Assembly: GCA_963772815.1 (NCBI GenBank)
Contig: CAVYYV010000009.1
Coordinates: 23,183 to 87,182 of the forward strand
Direction: 5' to 3'
DNA length: 64,000 nucleotides
Source of the DNA: an uncultured Acidimicrobiia bacterium
GTDB lineage: Bacteria > Actinomycetota > Acidimicrobiia > Spongiisociales > ZC4RG35
Position numbers and translations under genes: made by a program. Below, piece after piece: positions 1 through 10,013 of this stretch. How positions within the stretch are numbered: position 1 is the stretch's first letter; every line of letters begins with the position of its first letter. Below the pieces are notes generated by a model that saw only the letters and a list, made by a program, of their open reading frames with translations, was not told the origin of the DNA and made no database searches.

Positions 1-64
1 CCAATCGAGAGAGCGAGGGCGACCACGATAAGGACGCCGGGCGCAGCGTGGTGGCGGCCGACCA

Positions 65-2734
65 TCAGCCTCCGAAGGCGCGGTGGAGGAACGCAGCCAT
101 CTGCGCCCTCGTCACGAAATCATTCGGGCAGTACATGTCATTGACGGGCGGATTACAACCCTTCGTCACCCCCGCCGCCGCCAAAGCCTCGATATCGGCC
201 TTGAACACCGAACCACCCACATCGGTGAACCGGCTCCCACCCGGACCGAACCCGAACGCCCGCACCAGAAACGCCGCCATCTGACCCCGAGTCACAAAAT
301 CATCCGGACAGAACAAGTCATTCGTAGGCGGATTACAACCCTTCGTCACCCCCGCCGTCGCCAAAGCACCAATATCGGTAGCGAAAACCGAACCGCCCAC
401 GTCCTTGAACGGAATCCCGCCCCCCTCGAACCCGAACGCCCGCACCAGAAACGCCGCCATCTGACCCCGAGTCACATAATCGTTGGGACAGAACATGTCG
501 TTGGTAGGCGGATTACAACCCTTCGTGATCCCCTCACCCGCCAACCACTCGATATCCGCCGAGAACACCGAATTACCCAAATCCTTGAACGTGACACCCG
601 AAGTGCCGGGATTGCCCGGATTCCCGGGGTTGCCGGGATCGCCGGGGTTGCCAGGATCGCCGGGGTTGCCAGGATCGGTGGTGTCGGGCGGGAGGACGGT
701 GACGGTGAAGGTTTCCTGGTCGTGGAGCACCGGATTGCCGTCGTCACTCACCTGCACCGTGATCGCGTAATCACCGGGTGCCTGAGTGGGCGTCCATGAG
801 AAGTCACCGCCGGCGGTGATCGTAGCCCCTTGTGGCGAACCGCCGACGAGCGAGAAGAACAGCGAATCATTGTCGGGGTCCGAGGCCCCCGCATTGAAGG
901 ACAAGGTATCGCCCTGCTTGACGGTCTTGTCAGTGATCGATCCCAGGACCGGAGAGCGGTTCGTATTCGATATCGACCAATCAAATGTTCTCTGGCCACT
1001 CGCGGCCGGTGAACCGTTGTCGGTCGCAGTGACAGTCACCGAGTAGGGCGAGCCGGAGGCGGCCGTAGGTGAGATGGTTCCGGTGATGTGTCCAGTCGAT
1101 GGGTTGATGCTCAGTCCACTCGGAAGACCGGTCGCGCTCCAATTGACTATCGAGTTGGCCGGAATGTCCGGATCTGTCGCCGTCATCGAGAGATCGACTT
1201 GGTCACCTTCGCCGTTGCTCTGATTTCCGGGATTGGCCACGGTCGGAGGTCGGTTCACCTCGTCCACGGTGAGGCTGACGGTCTGTGAGGGTGAAAACTC
1301 TCCGTCGGTGACCACAACGGAGAACTGGTAAGGCGTAACCCGGCTCTGCGACTCGGTGGGCGTCCAACTGAATTGGCCCGAGGACGGATTGATGCTTGCC
1401 CCGCTTGGAGCACCCTGAAGCGAGAAGGTCAGACTGTCGCCTTCAGGGTCGCTCGCAGTGGCGGTGAAGGTGTATTGCTCCATCTCGTTGATGGAGACGT
1501 TGGTTGGAACCGGGTTGAGGGTCGGCGGCTGGTTCGGTGCCGGCGCGCTGACCTCGATCGTGATCGTGCCCTCATTGGAATCCGCCGTCCCATCGTTGGC
1601 CTTGAACTTGATGGTGTCCGTCCCGACGCTCGTCGCCGTGTAGGTGAGGTTGGGTGGTGTTCCCGAGTAGGTCCCCAACGAGGGGCCGCTCGTGACCGTG
1701 TATGTCAACGGATCTCCGTTGGCATCGCTGGCGCTGAGTGTCACGGGCCGCGAATTGCCGACGGTCGCGGTCAGCGTTTGATCGTTTGCGACCGGTGCCT
1801 GCTGGGGAATGGCCGTAAAGCTGTACTCATACAGCTTGTCGGTGCCCCGATCCGTGACCCAGATCGAGGTCTTGGTGGAGTCGTAGCTGGCGGGGGCGAG
1901 GCCCAACCCCGAGATGTAGGTGGGGATAGCAGGACTGGTAGGGAGAGCGATCGTTCGGATGATGTCGCTGGGCTGATAACTGGTTCGAGTGGCGAACCCA
2001 GTCGTCGGCAACTCGTAGATCACTCGTCCGAGGCGATTGCCGGCCAGCAGGTGGCCGGTGGCGGGATCCCAGGACAAACCCTCCCAATCCGCATTCGAGG
2101 CGGTATTCAGTGGTGCGATATCGATCGATCCCGTCGTGTAGCCAGTACCGAAGTCACCGTCGGCTCCCGGGTCTATCCAGAAGATCCTCTTTCCGGGTCC
2201 GGCCGCTTCGTGTCCATTGATGAAGAAGAGGACGCCGTTGGCACGGTCGTAGGCCGGATCCTCCGTGTCGCCACTGCCCATGGCGTCTGTATCGATTGGT
2301 ATGCGACTCTCTTGTGAGGTATCGAAATCTTGGATTATGAAGATCTTGCTCACGTGGTCATCCGAGACGAACATCGTGTTGGTGGTGGGGTCGTAATCAA
2401 CTCCTGTGGGCTCCACGATGCCCGTGTACCTGTTCACCGCCCCTCCTCCGTACGTGTACTCCCAGGCGTTGTACATTCCGGAGTTGTCGATGTTGTTGTC
2501 GGTCACCCAGAAGATGCTCCGGCTTGGTATCCAGGCGATCCCCGATGGATCGATCGGGGGTGGCGTCCACCCCGATGTATCAACCGGCGAGCCCACGAGC
2601 TGGGCCGTCACGGTGACTGCGGCATCCGCCTGTAAGGCGCCGATTGGCCCGAAGCCGGCCACCGCGAGGAGGGAGGCCAGCGCCACGATGGCGAGGCGCC
2701 GACCCCCTCCCCTGTTGTCCGTCAGCCAGTTCAT
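65..2734 (-). CDS. Secreted surface (S-layer-like) protein: signal peptide, probable beta-propeller, cadherin/Ig-like repeats, PG linker, three C-terminal SLH-like domains
   Basis: 889 aa. Signal peptide ends AQADA/A. Repeated NxxP...DPDGD.L.FSL Ig/cadherin-like units. Three 60-aa repeats GxTKGCNPP..FCP...VTRGQMAAFL at the C-terminus. Confidence 0.85.
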   Translation of the reverse strand: MNWLTDNRGGGRRLAIVALASLLAVAGFGPIGALQADAAVTVTAQLVGSPVDTSGWTPPPIDPSGIAWIPSRSIFWVTDNNIDNSGMYNAWEYTYGGGAVNRYTGIVEPTGVDYDPTTNTMFVSDDHVSKIFIIQDFDTSQESRIPIDTDAMGSGDTEDPAYDRANGVLFFINGHEAAGPGKRIFWIDPGADGDFGTGYTTGSIDIAPLNTASNADWEGLSWDPATGHLLAGNRLGRVIYELPTTGFATRTSYQPSDIIRTIALPTSPAIPTYISGLGLAPASYDSTKTSIWVTDRGTDKLYEYSFTAIPQQAPVANDQTLTATVGNSRPVTLSASDANGDPLTYTVTSGPSLGTYSGTPPNLTYTATSVGTDTIKFKANDGTADSNEGTITIEVSAPAPNQPPTLNPVPTNVSINEMEQYTFTATASDPEGDSLTFSLQGAPSGASINPSSGQFSWTPTESQSRVTPYQFSVVVTDGEFSPSQTVSLTVDEVNRPPTVANPGNQSNGEGDQVDLSMTATDPDIPANSIVNWSATGLPSGLSINPSTGHITGTISPTAASGSPYSVTVTATDNGSPAASGQRTFDWSISNTNRSPVLGSITDKTVKQGDTLSFNAGASDPDNDSLFFSLVGGSPQGATITAGGDFSWTPTQAPGDYAITVQVSDDGNPVLHDQETFTVTVLPPDTTDPGNPGDPGNPGDPGNPGNPGNPGTSGVTFKDLGNSVFSADIEWLAGEGITKGCNPPTNDMFCPNDYVTRGQMAAFLVRAFGFEGGGIPFKDVGGSVFATDIGALATAGVTKGCNPPTNDLFCPDDFVTRGQMAAFLVRAFGFGPGGSRFTDVGGSVFKADIEALAAAGVTKGCNPPVNDMYCPNDFVTRAQMAAFLHRAFGG
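68..590 (-). repeat. Three intragenic SLH-like repeats, 180-bp period
   Basis: cccgaacgcccgcaccagaaacgccgccatctgaccccgagtcac recurs at 251 and 431, with a more diverged copy near 75-115. Confidence 0.85.
603..676 (-). repeat. 9-bp-unit repeat encoding a (D/N)PG linker
   Basis: Translates DPGNPGDPGNPGDPGNPGNPGNPG just before the SLH domains. Confidence 0.85.
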
Positions 2735-2766
2735 GCCCGGAGCTCCCGTGCCCGCCTGCCTCTACC

Positions 2767-5699
2767 TCAGCCCGTGAAGGCCCGGTGGAGGAAAGCGGCC
2801 ATCTGACCACGTGTCACGTAGTCATTGGGGCAGAACCGGTCGTTGGTGGGCGGGTTGCAACCCTTGGTCACCCCGGCCGTTCCAAGGCGATCGATATCGC
2901 CCTCGAACACCGAGTTGTTGTCGTCGACGAACAAGTTGCCACCGCCGTTGTCGGTGTAACCGAACGCCCTGACCAGGAACGCCGCCATCTGACCACGGGT
3001 CACGAAGTCATTCGGGCAGTACTTGTCGTTCTTGGGCGGGTTGCAGCCCTTGGTCACTCCGGCTGTGCCGAGACGATCGATATCGCCCTCGAACACCGAG
3101 TTGTTGTCGTCGACGAACAGGTTGCCGCCGCCGTTGTCGGTATAGCCGAACGCACGGGTGAGGAACGCCGCCATCTGGCCACGGGTCACGTAGTCGTTGG
3201 GGCAGAACATGTCGTTCACCGGCGGGTTACATCCCTTGGTGATGCCGGCAGCAGCCAGCCACTCGATGTCGGCTTCGAAGATGTTCCCGTTGTCGTCCTT
3301 GAAGGTGTCGTTGCCGCCGGGCGGTGGGGGTGGCGGAGGTGGCGGGCTGCCCGGCTTCGTGATGGTGAGCTTCAGAGTCTTCTGCACCGACGCCTGACCG
3401 TCGCTGATGGACACGATGATCGTATGCACACCGACACTCAGGTCATTTCGGATGAAGTCGCCTCCGACGCCGATGCGCCCGTCGATGCTCGAGGTCCACA
3501 CGATCCCGCTGGAGATGTTCCCGCTCTCAGGATCGGAGGCCGAGGCCTTGAAGTGGACGTCGTCACCTTGCACGGCCGAGTCGACCGACTTGGGGTTCTG
3601 TACCGACAGCGTCGGTGGCTGGTTGGCCGGAGCATTGGTGACTATCAGGGTCACCTCGTCGCTGTTGGTGAGCGGGTTGGTGCTCGCCGCCCCCGGCTCC
3701 GTCACGGTCAACCGCAGCACATAGGTTCCGGTTGTGGTGAAAGAGACCGTGCTGGTCGGGCTGGCGGCGTTGCCGAACAACACCGTCCCCGGACCGCTCA
3801 CCTTGCTCCAGGCTTTCACCAGCTGGGCCTCGGAGTGATTGTCGTCACTCACGAGCCCGCCCAGGGTGGTGGTGTCGTTGATCGAGACCGTGTTGTCGAC
3901 ACCGGCCGACACACCAGGAGCCTGGTTGCCGGAGTTGGGCAGCATCGTCTGCCAGATGACGTGGTCGTCTCCGGCACCGCCATAGGCCCAGTCGATCAGA
4001 ACCGGCAGCCCGGTGCCTTCGTCGGCGAACCTGGGCACGATGTTGTTACGGAACCTCTCGAATTCCGTCTTGAACAACGGCTGCGGTGCCGGCCAGGCAG
4101 TAGGACCTTCCTGAGTATCACCAAGCGGAAGCGCCCTGGTCCAGTAAATGCTCTCGGTCCTGGGGTTGTCGACCGCCATGACATAGAGATTCCCGCCATA
4201 AGCAGTGATCACTGGCCGTTTGCGATCCCCAGTCGTGCTCGTCTGATCGTGTTTGACGATGTGCTCCGACCAGCCTTGCGGATGAGCTGCGCTTGAAGAC
4301 AACCACCTGAGGGTCGGCGTCCGCTGAAGCGCTGTTCGGTTGGCCGGGAAGAAGCGTCCGCTGCGTCTCGGTAGCCAGGTAGAGATCGTTGCCCGACGTC
4401 ACAACGCTCAGCTCGTCGTCCGAGTGGACGATGGCCACGTTGGTGGGCGTGGTCTGCGTGAGCTTGAGGTTGAGCGCCTCCGTCTCCGACGTCCAGTTGG
4501 AGACACCACCGGTCAAGGTGGCGGCACCGAAGCCGTCCGCAGCCACGGGCGACGTCGCAATGGCGTTCCCGACCACCGGGTCGGAGTCCTTGGCCGTGAC
4601 GGTCGCCTGGTTGGACTGAGAACCCGCTCATGGTGACACTCGGATGCGGATTGGTATTGGCCGCGTATCCGACTCCTGGAGTCCCGGTTCCGTTGATGGC
4701 ATTGACCAGATTGGCCTGGGTGACGGGCAGCGTTGCGCCGATCTCTACATGGCCAGCAGCCGTGGTCAGAGCACCATTGGCATCGAACGTGTAGGTCCGG
4801 CCCCCGATTGTGATCGAGTAACCGGCTGCCGGCTGGTTCGCTAGCGTAAGCGTGCCGGTAGCCCGGGTAACAGCGGTGCTGGCACTCTCGGCGATCGAGT
4901 AGTACAGATACTCCGAATAGCGACCCGCCTCGCTGGGAACCCGACTGTCCTCGGCTGCGGCCACCACCATCGTGGTACCGAGATTGGCGAGAACGGTCTG
5001 ACCCTCATCAACGGAAAGCATCAAATTGGTCACCGGGCTCCAGGTGGTTCCGTCGTTGGTCGAGTTGGTCACGAATAGACCAGCCTTGGTCATCACCGCA
5101 GCCCACAGATATCCATTCTGTGACTTGTAGATCACGGCGCGACCCTGGCCGGCATTGGGGAGAGGGGGGGTAGCGGTGCCCGCAACCAGTGAGTAGTTGC
5201 CGCCGCTGTAGTTGTAGACCCTGAAGACTGTCGCCCCGCCGCTGAGAAGAACGTAGAGGCGGTCGTTGGCGGCGTCCCAGAAGGCATCGGGACGGTTCTT
5301 GGTGGTGGCATCGACAGCACCGGCCGTGGTGTCCCAGGTAGGCGCTCCACCGACGGAGTTGGGGATCACGCCTTTACCGATCCACCACTGTGAATCGGCG
5401 CTGGCGGGGCCACCGTTGGCGACGGTGGCGGCGGGAAGGATGGCATCCCATCGACTGGCGGCGTCGTTCCACCAGATGCGGTGCTGGTTCTTGGTTTCCC
5501 ATTGACCCGTTGTGCTCCGCAGGCCGATCGTGTCCGTGCCGGGCACGGGCTGGGGGCCGGTCTCACCGCTGACCGCGTCTGCGGGCGGCGCCGAGCCGAT
5601 CACGATCATCATTGATGCCACCAGTGCAACTACCAGTAGTGAAACGAGAGTACGGCGACCTGCGTCGCGAACTAGGTCAACGGTTAGCCGATTGGCCAT
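2767..5699 (-). CDS. Large secreted surface protein (about 980 aa; BNR-like propeller, PKD/Ig-like domains, poly-Pro linker, three SLH-like domains), split by two apparent frameshifts
   Basis: ATG at 5699 with GGGAGG RBS and a signal peptide. ORF pieces 4209-5750, 4118-4576 and 2767-4302 join if one base is removed near 4616 and near 4283. BNR-like motif STNDGTTWS. SLH repeats have a 186-bp period (2770-3303). Confidence 0.75.
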
Positions 5700-5857
5700 T
5701 TCGAAAGCCTCCCTGTCATTGCTTTGCCGCTCGAGCGATGAGCCCCACACAGCTTCCCGGTACGACAGCGTAACCCCAGGTCTGCGGATTACTACTGGGT
5801 CGACTGACCCACCGTCGGCACCGCCTTAGACAGGATCAGCCGGGATCAGACGGGGGT

Positions 5858-6613
5858 TCAGGAGAGACGTCGCGCCACGTCGGCGGCAAGGCGACTGGCC
5901 GTCATCTGCGTGTCGTCTGCTCCGTCGACCTCGATCACAGGGACCCCCCTGTCCGACAGAGCCACCTTGACCAGTTCGACCACCTCGAAGGCACCGGCCA
6001 GGAATCCCTGGCGATCTGCATCGCCGCCTTTCATCCGTTCAGACCATCCCCGGCCGTCGAGGCGCCGCCCGGCTGTCTCCGGGGTCGTCATCACCCAGAC
6101 CAGCAACTCTGGCAAAGGGATCTGATCCAGGTAGCCGTCGAGCAATTCACCGTCCTCATGAATGTCGAAGCCATGGGCGAAGAGGCTCACGGCCCGCTGG
6201 CAGAATCCCTCATCGATGACCACGAGGTCGCTATCGCCCTCGGAGGCGAGCTGGAAACGAGCCATCAGGTTGAACATCCAGCCCAAAGCCATTGCCTGGC
6301 TCACGTCACGATCCTGTCGAGCCTGCTGGATGTGAAGCACGGTCTCGACGAGGCGGGGACGTTGGTCGGCGAAGCGGACCAGTGCCGAGAACCGGTCTGA
6401 GGAACGCCCGTACGCCCCTTTCCAAACTCGGCCGGAAGATGAGCGAGTCAGGCGCGCAGCCGCTCTGGACAAGGCGTCGGCGCCATGAGCCGAAATCGAG
6501 GCCCTGACGGCCCCGTCGAGACCCACGGCTCCATCTCCAAGACGGGAAAGGAGAGTCGAGGTGAGGGTGGATTTACCGGCCCCGGGGGCTCCAATGAACT
6601 CAACCGGCCTCAA
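5858..6613 (-). CDS. P-loop nucleotide kinase-like protein (thymidylate kinase-like fold)
   Basis: Walker A VEFIGAPGAGKST, VVIDEG, and a lid-like RRLDGR segment. Confidence 0.7.
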   Translation of the reverse strand: MRPVEFIGAPGAGKSTLTSTLLSRLGDGAVGLDGAVRASISAHGADALSRAAARLTRSSSGRVWKGAYGRSSDRFSALVRFADQRPRLVETVLHIQQARQDRDVSQAMALGWMFNLMARFQLASEGDSDLVVIDEGFCQRAVSLFAHGFDIHEDGELLDGYLDQIPLPELLVWVMTTPETAGRRLDGRGWSERMKGGDADRQGFLAGAFEVVELVKVALSDRGVPVIEVDGADDTQMTASRLAADVARRLS

Positions 6614-8066
6614 TCAGCGCTCCCCAGATGGCCCGCTTGGTCTCCAGCAGCACCTGCTCGTAGGGGTGCCCGGCGTCGATGACCGTCATGCCTTTTCGAG
6701 GTTCCAGTGCTGCCACAGCCTCGACCTTAGGTATGTGCTCCTCCCTGGAGAGGTCCTCTTTCCGGGCTCTCAGAGTCTCGAGATCGGTGCGAAGAACGAG
6801 CACCAGGTCCGGAGCCGCTATCCCCTCATAGAAGTGCCGCTCCCACCGAGTCAGGGCACCCGATGCCGAGCGCGCCAATCGCGGCCCATCCATGGGAGTT
6901 TCCATCGACCAGAACTCCCGCAACGGATAACGCTCGGCAATCACAATCTGACCCTCTCGAGAGAGGCGGCGGGCTCGACGAGCCAGCCTGCGTCGCTGGC
7001 GGGCCAACACGATCCATTTGGAGGCGTCGCTGAGCGAGACCAATAGCCGAGTCGCACCACCTAATCGCTCGTCGTCGCCCTCGGTGCGGTGTCGGGCCAT
7101 GCTGCCCGGCTTGTTGAGCAGCTTGAATATCACGCCCGACTTCGGCTGCCCGAAGTAGATGTGGGCGACGGCCAGCTTGCGGCCGAGCCAGGCCTCCAGA
7201 TCACGCGTGAGGCGGGTCTTGCCGGAACCGTCGGCTCCAACCACGGCCAGGACAGGAGCCGGGCGCTGGAGGCGACGGGGCCCCAGGCCGAGGCCCAGAC
7301 GACCCGCCACCGGTCGGCGCCTGGCATACAGCGCCACCTTCTTGGCTGCCACCGCCACAGGACCGGAGCGTCGATAAGGTCGGAGCAACCTACCCAGCCG
7401 CCTCCGCATACTCCTTACATACGGCCACCCAAAAGCTCCCGACAGAGCTTTGTCACGGAAATGAAGGACTTCCTCGGCGCCGATACCGAGCCCGCTCGAC
7501 TCGGCGGCCTCCACCAGCTGGTCCGGATCGGCCCTCTCGGCCAGCCATCGGGCCTCCACACGGATCCTCTCGGGCAGCGGGGATCCTCCCTTGACCGCGG
7601 ACCTGAGCATTTGCTTGACGCCCGTCTTGAGCATCGATCGGACGAAGAGCAGCAGGAATTCCTTGGCCGGAGCCGGCACCGGTATCCCGTGCAGATCCTG
7701 AGCCGAATCCAACAGCCACCCCTCCAGTGGGAGGTGATGGTTCTTGACCAGGCGCTCACCGAGTACGAGCGAATAGTGGACGTCGAGATGCACCAGCACA
7801 CCCGTATCGCGATCGAGGCCGAGGAAGCCTTTCACTCCCGGGATCCGGCGGCCACGAGGCGGCCGCATCGGCAAGAAACCGAAACCGATCACGGTCTCTT
7901 CGAACACCGGCCGATCCGAATCACGAACCAGGAGATCGAAATCCGTCTCACCCTTCAGGGCCGCCGATAGGTGCTCATTGCTCTTCCAGTGCACGTAGGT
8001 GAGGCCCTTGTCCGCCAAAGCACCGAACACCGCTCCCACCAATGCGAGCCGATCCGGTTGGTCCAT
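6600..8066 (-). CDS. Nucleotidyltransferase-like domain fused to a thymidylate kinase-like domain
   Basis: N-terminal GETDFDLLV (DxD) plus HLDVH. C-terminal VVGADGSGKT, IAERYP and PDLVLVL. Start is ATG 8066 or 8102. Confidence 0.7.
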   Translation of the reverse strand: MDQPDRLALVGAVFGALADKGLTYVHWKSNEHLSAALKGETDFDLLVRDSDRPVFEETVIGFGFLPMRPPRGRRIPGVKGFLGLDRDTGVLVHLDVHYSLVLGERLVKNHHLPLEGWLLDSAQDLHGIPVPAPAKEFLLLFVRSMLKTGVKQMLRSAVKGGSPLPERIRVEARWLAERADPDQLVEAAESSGLGIGAEEVLHFRDKALSGAFGWPYVRSMRRRLGRLLRPYRRSGPVAVAAKKVALYARRRPVAGRLGLGLGPRRLQRPAPVLAVVGADGSGKTRLTRDLEAWLGRKLAVAHIYFGQPKSGVIFKLLNKPGSMARHRTEGDDERLGGATRLLVSLSDASKWIVLARQRRRLARRARRLSREGQIVIAERYPLREFWSMETPMDGPRLARSASGALTRWERHFYEGIAAPDLVLVLRTDLETLRARKEDLSREEHIPKVEAVAALEPRKGMTVIDAGHPYEQVLLETKRAIWGALIEAG

Positions 8067-8091
8067 GGGGGAACCGCCTTCGGGGGGTTCC

Positions 8092-8766
8092 TCAGCTTGC
8101 ATGCCGACCAGCGGCCTCTGGGGTACGGATCGCACCACGGATCGCACCCGCCGACACTCCGGCAAAGAAGGTCGCCCAGGTGGCTATCCCCAGGAACTTG
8201 GCCATGTCCTCGACGATCTCGTGGTAGGGAATGGTCCCAATTCCAGCCTCACCGGCGGCGTCCAGCACAACTGAGATGGCGAGCAGGCCCACCGCCAGAA
8301 GCAGTATCCCGAAGTCGGGGCGACGCACGAGGTGACGAAAGTTGGGCGCGAACAGGACCACCGTCACCAGACCGTACGTGCCGATTGTGACCGGGGAGGG
8401 TATGCCGACGTAGTTCTTGATCGTCTCATGGAGCACGAACCCGTCGTCGGCCCCGAACATCAGGCTCACGACGGCACCGGCAATGAGAAGCGAACGAAGC
8501 GCACCCTTGGGCTCGGCCACCAAAGCCAGGAGGCACAGCGCACCGGCCACAGCCCACAATGCCACACCCAGGGTCGAGAACAATCCCGCGTACCAGGGGC
8601 CGTCCAGGACGGCGCTGGTGTCACGCAGGAGGTCCGTGACCGGGATGCCCCTCAGATACGCCACGCCCGATACGAGCACGAAGAACGCCGTGACAGGCAG
8701 GAGGACTCGCAGCACCATTCTCCTCAAGGTGGTCAGGTACTCCGCCCTGTCCTGCATTTCGTGCAT
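8092..8766 (-). CDS. Integral membrane protein, about 6-7 TM helices, function unknown
   Basis: Hydrophobic segments with polar motifs ADDGFVLHE and EDMAKFLG. Co-oriented with the kinase genes. Confidence 0.7.
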   Translation of the reverse strand: MHEMQDRAEYLTTLRRMVLRVLLPVTAFFVLVSGVAYLRGIPVTDLLRDTSAVLDGPWYAGLFSTLGVALWAVAGALCLLALVAEPKGALRSLLIAGAVVSLMFGADDGFVLHETIKNYVGIPSPVTIGTYGLVTVVLFAPNFRHLVRRPDFGILLLAVGLLAISVVLDAAGEAGIGTIPYHEIVEDMAKFLGIATWATFFAGVSAGAIRGAIRTPEAAGRHAS

Positions 8767-9017
8767 TGTCGTCTCTCATCCCGGGGCGGCCCTTGAACCA
8801 CCCTCTCCGCTTCGGCGGCCGAAACTCAGAGCATCTGCCCGACGCCGCACCCCACTGGGAAGGCAGACTACCGGCAGCTTGCATGAGCAGGGATAGGTCT
8901 ATCGAACGCTGGTGTTCGGGGGTATGCCCACTAGTCTGACCACTCGCGATCGGCCGTGGGGTACGCCGTGTGGGGCTCTGGGTCGACGTTCGCCCGAAGG
9001 CATCACGAGAGACTGGC

Positions 9018-10013
9018 ATGTCCGAGCCCATCGTCACCATCGAGCATCTGCGCAAGGTCTACGAGCCTTTCTCGCGCCGGATGCGATTGCTTCTACGAAC
9101 CTCGGTGACCGAGCCCGTTGTGGCGCTCGAAGACGTCTCGCTGGAGGTGTTGCCGGGTGAGATCCGGGCTGTGCTGGGGCCCAATGGCGCCGGCAAATCG
9201 ACCCTGTTTCGAATTCTGACCGGGCTCACCACCCCCACAGCGGGATCCGCCTCGATCCTGGGCAGGGATTGCACCCAAGAGTCGGCCAAAGTCCGCAAGC
9301 TGATCGGTTTCATGCCTGCCGAGAACCGCACCCTTCTGTTGCGCCACTCCTGCCGGGAGAATCTCGCCTTTCATGGACGCCTCCAGGGCCTACCGGAACG
9401 CCAGCTAGCGGCTCGGGTCGATGACACGCTGGAGACCGTGGGCCTATACGAGGCGCGGGATCGGGTTGGATTCGCTCTCTCGTCGGGCATGCTCGCCCGA
9501 CTGATGCTGGCCCGGGCCATCCTCCACGAACCGCAGGTCCTGATTCTCGACGAGCCCACCGCCGCCGTAGACCCAATCGGGTCATTCGAGCTGCTGACGA
9601 TGATCCAGCGAATCGCCCGCGAACGGGGACTGGCCGTGCTCATCAGCTCCCATCGGCTGGACGAGGTGGAGCTCCTGGACGACATGGTGCTGCTTCTCAA
9701 CCGGGGCTCGGTGGTCTATTCGGGTGAACTCGCCTCGATGACCATCGGAACCCGACAGGCGAGGATGGAGATCCTGTTCGAGAAGGAGATCACCGCAGAG
9801 GCAGCGGCCTCCATGCTACGCGAGGCGACCGGTGTGTCGGAGGTGCAGGTCAAGGGCTCATCCGTAGTCATAACGACAGACCGTTCGGTCAGCAGCATCG
9901 TGTCGGAGTTGAACGGCCATGCCGACGAGATCGTCTCCATGGGACAGTTCGTGCCCAAGCTCCGAGACGTGCTCAGCCAGATGCTCGGCTCCGACCAGGG
10001 CGAGGACTCCTGA
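9018..10013 (+). CDS. ABC transporter ATP-binding protein (ABC-2 exporter type)
   Basis: GPNGAGKST, signature LSSGM, LILDEPT and H-loop SSH. Confidence 0.9.
   Translation: MSEPIVTIEHLRKVYEPFSRRMRLLLRTSVTEPVVALEDVSLEVLPGEIRAVLGPNGAGKSTLFRILTGLTTPTAGSASILGRDCTQESAKVRKLIGFMPAENRTLLLRHSCRENLAFHGRLQGLPERQLAARVDDTLETVGLYEARDRVGFALSSGMLARLMLARAILHEPQVLILDEPTAAVDPIGSFELLTMIQRIARERGLAVLISSHRLDEVELLDDMVLLLNRGSVVYSGELASMTIGTRQARMEILFEKEITAEAAASMLREATGVSEVQVKGSSVVITTDRSVSSIVSELNGHADEIVSMGQFVPKLRDVLSQMLGSDQGEDS

Noticed and set aside
6600-8066. Nucleotidyltransferase as a CBASS or toxin-antitoxin defence component
   Set aside because: No effector, HEPN or Cap genes are nearby, and the context is glycan and surface biosynthesis.
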